Below are positions 15,212-20,000 of a stretch of DNA of 20,000 nucleotides, piece after piece. How positions within the stretch are numbered: position 1 is the first letter of the stretch; every line of letters begins with the position of its first letter. Source of the DNA: an uncultured virus (IMG/VR IMGVR_UViG_3300046479_000175) (Duplodnaviria > Heunggongvirae > Uroviricota > Caudoviricetes); the IMG/VR virus record IMGVR_UViG_3300046479_000175; one strand, 5' to 3'. The notes below the pieces were generated by a model. It ran no database searches. It worked only from the letters and a program-made list of their open reading frames with translations, and was not told the origin of the DNA. The position numbers and the translations under genes were made by a program.

Positions 15212-15739
15212 ATGCAACACGAACACATCAAAGCCATGTATCTCGACAACAAAATGAGTATCCCTCAGATAGGCGAGATAACGGGCATCCCTGTTTCTAC
15301 CGTCCGGAATAGATTGATTGCACTCGGAACGGTCTTGCGCTCCCGTGGGTCCGGTCAAACCGAATCAGGAAGAACCGGGGGAGCAGCCCTCAAGGGCAAA
15401 CGTCAGAAAGGCCCCAGATCACCCCAATGGTGTCGAAGCATCGCACTCGGCCGCAAGAAATGGGCCGCTGCGAACGCTGCCGGCGTTTCTCTGAAACCCA
15501 GCGGATATCTGGAAATCACCACCGGCCAAAACAAGGGTCGTCTTCTCCACGTGGTCATCATGGAGCAACGCATCGGAAGGCGACTGTCACCCGATGAATG
15601 CGTCCACCACATCGACGAAAACAAAACAAATAACTCCGATGAGAATCTCGCTTTCATGACCAAGGCGGCACACTCTCGCCTTCATCGTTTAACAGAGTGC
15701 AACTCGAGAAGGAGAAGTCACAATGGCCGCTTCGCTTAA
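15212..15739 (+). CDS. HNH homing-type endonuclease with N-terminal HTH
   Basis: HVVIMEQRIGRRL..ECVHHIDENKTNNSDENL..HSRLH; HTH-like MSIPQIGEITGIPVSTVRNRL. ATG at 15212 preferred; TTGACC-N17-TACCTC at 15155-15183. Confidence 0.88.
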   Translation: MQHEHIKAMYLDNKMSIPQIGEITGIPVSTVRNRLIALGTVLRSRGSGQTESGRTGGAALKGKRQKGPRSPQWCRSIALGRKKWAAANAAGVSLKPSGYLEITTGQNKGRLLHVVIMEQRIGRRLSPDECVHHIDENKTNNSDENLAFMTKAAHSRLHRLTECNSRRRSHNGRFA

Positions 15740-16136
15740 TAAATGCCAGCTCATTGGTTACATCGGAGCCGACCCTGAAGTCCGCAAGCTTCCCAGCGGC
15801 GACCGCGTCGCATCCTTCAGTGTGGCCACCACCGACCGATGGACCGACAAGGACCAGAACGCCCAAGAGAAAACCGTTTGGCATCGAGTCCAAATCTACA
15901 ATCAGGGCCTCGTCACCCTTGCTGAGAAATATTTGCAGAAGGGGTCACGAATTTTCCTCGAAGGAGCGCTCGAAACGCGCCAATGGACCGACAAGGACAA
16001 CATCGAGCGCTATTCCACCGAAATCGTGCTTCGCGCCTTCCGCGGCGAACTAACGATGCTGGATGCTCCCAAGCCGGAGCCCTCCGCACCGACGCCGATC
16101 AACCGCAAGGGCAAGCCGCACGAGCCGTCCGCCTAG
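15723..16136 (+). CDS. ssb: Single-stranded DNA-binding protein
   Basis: LNKCQLIGYIGADPEVR..FSVATTDRW..TVWHRV..YLQKGSRIFLEGALETRQW..RYSTEIV; GGAG RBS; lacks the acidic C-terminal tip. Confidence 0.95.
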   Translation: MAASLNKCQLIGYIGADPEVRKLPSGDRVASFSVATTDRWTDKDQNAQEKTVWHRVQIYNQGLVTLAEKYLQKGSRIFLEGALETRQWTDKDNIERYSTEIVLRAFRGELTMLDAPKPEPSAPTPINRKGKPHEPSA

Positions 16137-16999
16137 TCACTGGCCGCCCGTGGCGGTGTTGTATCCGCCGTCACGGGTGTGCTTCGCAACGTCTTCGTGT
16201 TAAATTCTCGCAGCTCACCCCTCATAGCCCTACATTCGATATCGCTTCTCTTCAGCTCGTATGTCTTGAACAGCCAGTAGAAGCCGAACGCCCATACTCC
16301 GGCTGCCTCTACGAAAAACATACCGTGCGGATCCTTCCACAGCAAAAGATGCGCGGTGATCGGAAGGACGATCATCAACGTGCCGAAAACGCGATACCAG
16401 CGCTTATAAAACGCAATGACCTTGGCCCGGTGTGGAACTGTCGAAGGTATCTCTTCGAGCGTCTTATCGCAGCAGAAAACACAGGTGAATCCCACGCACA
16501 CGAAAAATGCTATCGCGAAGGTCAAATGCGGATTGAATCCCGTTTCGTCTCCCCAGTTCATCGGGAAGAGCGCAACACATGGGGCCATGATGCCAGCGAT
16601 GTTCAGGGCCCAGTTCTCATAGCGGCTGAACCCTCTCATCAGGAGCATTGCGCCTCCGATGAAGAAGAGGCTGCCGACGAACCAATTGCGCATTGGGCCC
16701 GTCCCGACAGCTAGGCACGGCCTTTCATCCGGTGGTTCCTGTCCGGCATTTTCGGTAGTTTCTTCTTGATGGACCGCCTTGATTCCGGAACAGTCCTTCG
16801 TCGCGTGATAATAGGCGCTCATTGAGCCTGCGAGTGGAATTCCGTGGACTAGAAAGCCGACACCACCAAGAATCACCGGAAGGGCGATGCCGACGATACC
16901 TACTCCCCACCTGAGAGCGATAAACATCATAAGCATATGATTTTGGATAGGCGTCAACGTACACTTCTGGATATCCGTCACCACACCACCTCCTAACAT
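16133..16999 (-). CDS. Multi-pass membrane protein (DUF998-like)
   Basis: About six TM helices; LRWGVGIVGIALP, SMSAYYH, MRNWFVGSL, ENWALNIAG..VALFP and EAAGVWAFGFYW. Confidence 0.75.
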   Translation of the reverse strand: MLGGGVVTDIQKCTLTPIQNHMLMMFIALRWGVGIVGIALPVILGGVGFLVHGIPLAGSMSAYYHATKDCSGIKAVHQEETTENAGQEPPDERPCLAVGTGPMRNWFVGSLFFIGGAMLLMRGFSRYENWALNIAGIMAPCVALFPMNWGDETGFNPHLTFAIAFFVCVGFTCVFCCDKTLEEIPSTVPHRAKVIAFYKRWYRVFGTLMIVLPITAHLLLWKDPHGMFFVEAAGVWAFGFYWLFKTYELKRSDIECRAMRGELREFNTKTLRSTPVTADTTPPRAASD

Positions 17000-17078
17000 T
17001 GGGTTATGCGACTAATAAGCTGGGGGATATGGCTCACCATTAAAACACGAAAACACCTTCGCGCGGTAGAATCGCGCA

Positions 17079-17348
17079 ATGAAGAAGCGCTTCCCCGAAG
17101 AACTTTCCGAAAGCCAACGGTCGCGTCGTCTACAGGCCGTGATCGGTCTCTTGGACGGGCAGTCCACCCAGGATCAATTCCGCCAAATCTTCGACATCAT
17201 CTATGACCAGACCGTCCTCGAGAACCTGTTCGTCAACACGGTCGACGAAGACGCCGTCAACCGTGAACACGCCCACGCGTACAGCCGTATTCTTGAAGCG
17301 TTGAAGATTCCCCGGCGACGATACAAGCGCACCTCAGTATCGCGCTAG
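17079..17348 (+). CDS. Small hypothetical protein, paralogue A
   Basis: 89 aa; TAGAAT-N6-ATG; aligns without gaps to the next ORF. Confidence 0.7.
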   Translation: MKKRFPEELSESQRSRRLQAVIGLLDGQSTQDQFRQIFDIIYDQTVLENLFVNTVDEDAVNREHAHAYSRILEALKIPRRRYKRTSVSR

Positions 17349-17357
17349 AATCGCGGG

Positions 17358-17588
17358 ATGCCGAAAAAGCCACCACGAAAGCTCCGCGTCATCAAGGCAC
17401 ACTTCGTTTCCGCCGAAAACGTGCGGAAGATCGCGGCAAAGCTCGAAAAACTGCGGCGAATCGAGCGGATTGTGTATGAAGAAGAATGCCTCTTTAGCGT
17501 CCTCACCCCGGACGCCGCAGGGGACTGCCTGCGCCGCGTTCACGCCAATGGCTATCGGCGAATTCTCGCCGTCCTCAACAAACCCTAA
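17358..17588 (+). CDS. Small hypothetical protein, paralogue B
   Basis: 76 aa; TAGAAT-N6-ATG; shares R.HA..Y.RIL..L..P with the preceding ORF. Confidence 0.7.
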   Translation: MPKKPPRKLRVIKAHFVSAENVRKIAAKLEKLRRIERIVYEEECLFSVLTPDAAGDCLRRVHANGYRRILAVLNKP

Positions 17589-17630
17589 AACCCTTTACCT
17601 GCGCGCGGAAGAGCTCTATGCTCCGGCGCC

Positions 17631-18578
17631 ATGTCTTTTGGTCATGCCGCACGCGAAGCTACACGCCGCGATCCGATGCAGGAATTCGCGGACACGATCA
17701 TTACTGAGTTGGAAAAAGGGGTAAAGCCGTGGGTACGCCCGTGGGACCCTGACAAATGCGCCGGGCCGCAGGCGCCCGTCAACGCGGTGACGGGGCACCG
17801 CTATTCGGGGGTAAACGTCCTCGTGTTGGGAATGGATATTCGCGCTTTCATGTCGTCAGATCCACGCTGGGCGACTTTCCTGCAGGTTCAGGAGAAAGGA
17901 TGGAAAGTTCGGAAAGGTGGAAAGAGCCGCACCATTTTCTTCTACAAGCAGCACGAAATCGAGGACGACAAAGCTGAGGATGGCAAGTGCATAATTCCAG
18001 TGCTAAAGACCTTCCACGTCTTCCATTCGACTGATATCGAAGGAATTCCGGCCCATGAACCCCCGAAAGCGGACGAAGCCCCATGGACACGGCCCGAGGC
18101 GGCGCAAACGATCCTGACGAATAGCGGTGCTACCATCTGCATCGGCGGCGACCGAGCCTTCTACAGCCCCGGCACAGATCATATCCAGCTTCCGCCCGAC
18201 CACGCCTTCCGGGGTCCTCCTGAATTTGCCACCGTTGCGCTTCACGAACTCAGTCATTGGACGGGAGCCCCAACCCGCCTAAACCGCGACCTCTCCGGGG
18301 CGAAGCAGTCCGTCCTCTATGCGCGTGAGGAATTACGCGCTGAGCTTTCAAGCGCGTTCCTCGCCGGCGAACTCAATATACCGTCGGACATTCCAAACCA
18401 CGCCTCGTACATCGATCATTGGCTCGCCTTCCTCAAAACCGACAAGCGAGAGATTTTTCGGGCGGCCGCAGATGCGCAGCGGATCGTCGATCTGATTCTC
18501 GCCTTCCATCCGGATTTCGTAGCTCGCCCCGGCCGTGGACCACCAGTCGTCATCCAGCCGGTCGCCATCAGCCCTTAA
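17631..18578 (+). CDS. ardC: ArdC-family antirestriction protein (ssDNA-binding domain plus zincin-like domain)
   Basis: PWVRPW, YSGVNVLVL, RWATFLQ..GWKVRKG, RAFYSPGTDHIQLP, HELSHWTG (HExxH), YAREELRAEL and HASYIDHWL. Confidence 0.92.
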   Translation: MSFGHAAREATRRDPMQEFADTIITELEKGVKPWVRPWDPDKCAGPQAPVNAVTGHRYSGVNVLVLGMDIRAFMSSDPRWATFLQVQEKGWKVRKGGKSRTIFFYKQHEIEDDKAEDGKCIIPVLKTFHVFHSTDIEGIPAHEPPKADEAPWTRPEAAQTILTNSGATICIGGDRAFYSPGTDHIQLPPDHAFRGPPEFATVALHELSHWTGAPTRLNRDLSGAKQSVLYAREELRAELSSAFLAGELNIPSDIPNHASYIDHWLAFLKTDKREIFRAAADAQRIVDLILAFHPDFVARPGRGPPVVIQPVAISP

Positions 18579-18921
18579 CGAGGTGGAGGTTTCTCTTCTT
18601 TAGGTATGGATTGCCATGTCTGCACGGTTTATCGCCGTGCACTTTTTTCCGGCATTCCGGGCAATTGTAGCAACCGCAAGTATATGCATAATCCCAAGCC
18701 GCATCGGGCCGCCACAACACGGGCTTCATCCGCGCCCCGCAAGTTTCACAGCGCACTACCCCCTTTGGCGGCTTACGCCCGCTCGCCTTCGCCGCATCCA
18801 TGCGGGTCTTGATGAGTTCGGCCAATTCCTCGCATGGTGGGCACAGCTTCCGCTCGCTGAGCTTCCAACGCTTCTCGCCTGCGCGCCACACCCGGTGACA
18901 CACCACGCACGCCAAATCCAT
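18568..18921 (-). CDS. Cys-rich putative zinc-finger protein
   Basis: CVVC, CPPC, CETC, CGC and CPEC; TAGAAT-N6-ATG start signature. Confidence 0.6.
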   Translation of the reverse strand: MDLACVVCHRVWRAGEKRWKLSERKLCPPCEELAELIKTRMDAAKASGRKPPKGVVRCETCGARMKPVLWRPDAAWDYAYTCGCYNCPECRKKVHGDKPCRHGNPYLKKRNLHLVKG

Positions 18922-18930
18922 CCGCGGATT

Positions 18931-19338
18931 CTAGTCCCGTTTGCCCTTCGAAGATTCCCACAATTTGGCGTATTGATCCGGCGTCAGTTCCAGCCACACA
19001 CTGCCGCGACCGTTCGCAATGGCGTGCCGCATCGCTAGTCGGTTCTCGAGGTTGAGCACGTACCCGCCGCGTTCGGCCAACTCCAGCAGCTTCGCTGAAT
19101 CCTGCAACACGAGCTTTCGCGGGATTGGCGTTTTCAGGTCCTCTTCAAGGAATTGGCAGTACCATCCGCTGCGCCACATGAAGTGCAAATACACGCGCCG
19201 CTTCGAACCCCTCTCCTTCAGGCACTTCTCACAGAGCTGTTCTCCCGGCGCGTGCGGAGGTGGCAGTGACCTTCGGCACAATGCGCAAGCCCGACCGGCC
19301 AGCCGCGCCCGCACCGCCGAGGATCGTTCGCCGCCCAC
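18931..19338 (-). CDS. Hypothetical protein with N-terminal CxxC..CxxC Zn ribbon
   Basis: CALC..CEKC followed by RRVYLHFM..GWYCQFLEEDLKTPIPRKL..AERGG..GRGSVWLELT; TAGAAT-N6-GTG start. Confidence 0.75.
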   Translation of the reverse strand: MGGERSSAVRARLAGRACALCRRSLPPPHAPGEQLCEKCLKERGSKRRVYLHFMWRSGWYCQFLEEDLKTPIPRKLVLQDSAKLLELAERGGYVLNLENRLAMRHAIANGRGSVWLELTPDQYAKLWESSKGKRD

Positions 19339-19357
19339 GATGGGATTCTATCCGCAG

Positions 19358-19372
19358 TTTCGCTTTTTGTTC
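19358..19372. promoter_or_regulatory. Possible LexA box TTTC-N7-GTTC
   Basis: One mismatch from the GTTC-N7-GTTC direct repeat; lies just upstream of the TAGAAT -10 (19350-19345) of the minus-strand gene. Confidence 0.4.
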
Positions 19373-19433
19373 TCCACAGCCGTTCCGGACCGGACTAAAA
19401 TGACGCCCAAGGCTTCGTGAAAGAGGCAAAGCA

Positions 19434-20000
19434 TTGAATGAGACGCCGGGGATTTTATCGTTCATCGCCAAGATGGTTTCGTCGTTGGTGTGGCCGATTA
19501 CTACGATTGCCTGTGTTTTACTGCTGCGCCGCTACCTCACTGCCCTCATACCGCTTCTTAGAACCGTCAAATATAGCGACGTCGAGATTCGCTTCGGCAA
19601 AGAAGTAGCGGAATTGGCAAAATCAACCGAGCTTTCGTCCCTCTCGAAAGGGCATATCCTTCCCCCAGCACAACAGGCTCCCTCGGATCTCACCAAGATG
19701 GCGGAAGTGCGGCCACGGACGGCGATCCGCATGGCGTTCCGAAATGTCGAACAAGCGATTCTGGAAGTTGCACACCGGCGGAACATTGAAGTCACAGATG
19801 CAGCGACAGGCATGCCAATGGTTGTCGGCTCCATACTCCTCAACCAAGGGGTCATGTCGAACGACCAATACGAGCTTTTGACGAAACTGAGGATACTCGT
19901 GAACGATGCCGAGCACTCGCCTCCGGACGTGATCAAGCCTGAGAGTGCCGCGGAGTTTATCGCCTTAGCGACCAACTTGGCGGATTCAATCGCCCAATGA
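19434..20000 (+). CDS. TM-anchored protein with HEPN/DUF4145-like C-terminal domain
   Basis: TM segment SSLVWPITTIACVLLLR; P.TAIRMAFRNVE and LTKLRILVNDAEH..A.EF pattern; the stop is at the window end. Confidence 0.65.
   Translation: MNETPGILSFIAKMVSSLVWPITTIACVLLLRRYLTALIPLLRTVKYSDVEIRFGKEVAELAKSTELSSLSKGHILPPAQQAPSDLTKMAEVRPRTAIRMAFRNVEQAILEVAHRRNIEVTDAATGMPMVVGSILLNQGVMSNDQYELLTKLRILVNDAEHSPPDVIKPESAAEFIALATNLADSIAQ

Noticed and set aside
15983..16714. 243-aa plus-strand ORF
   Set aside because: Overlaps ssb out of frame and is antisense to the well-formed membrane protein gene.
16136..20000. Integrase, att site, tRNA or IS element marking the prophage end
   Set aside because: No recombinase or transposase motifs, tRNA cloverleaf or terminal repeats were seen.

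Overview
Bases 1-16136 look like the left part of a lambdoid-type (pro)phage with alphaproteobacterial-type genes. The minus strand carries a Cro-like HTH, MT-A70 methyltransferase, GcrA-like protein, RusA, GIY-YIG, DUF559 nuclease, DUF6456-like regulator, terS, terL and a partial portal gene. The divergent plus-strand early operon carries small ORFs, a RecE-like exonuclease, a RecT-like annealase, an 85-aa protein with an FtsZ C-terminal-peptide-like motif, an HNH endonuclease and SSB. Plus-strand cargo is inserted in the minus-strand operon: two SLATT-like membrane proteins, a hypothetical protein and a P-loop ATPase. Bases 16133-20000 are accessory DNA: a membrane protein, two small paralogues before ardC, two Zn-finger-like genes and a TM-HEPN-like gene. 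Most notably, no CI repressor and no replication initiator, helicase or primase is recognisable. The approximate slot for replication genes holds about 850 bp of highly structured non-coding DNA: a minus-strand structured RNA leading into GIY-YIG, a plus-strand three-hairpin antisense RNA with its own promoter and terminator, and a second ~220-nt closed fold. All family assignments come from reading motifs by eye, not from database searches.
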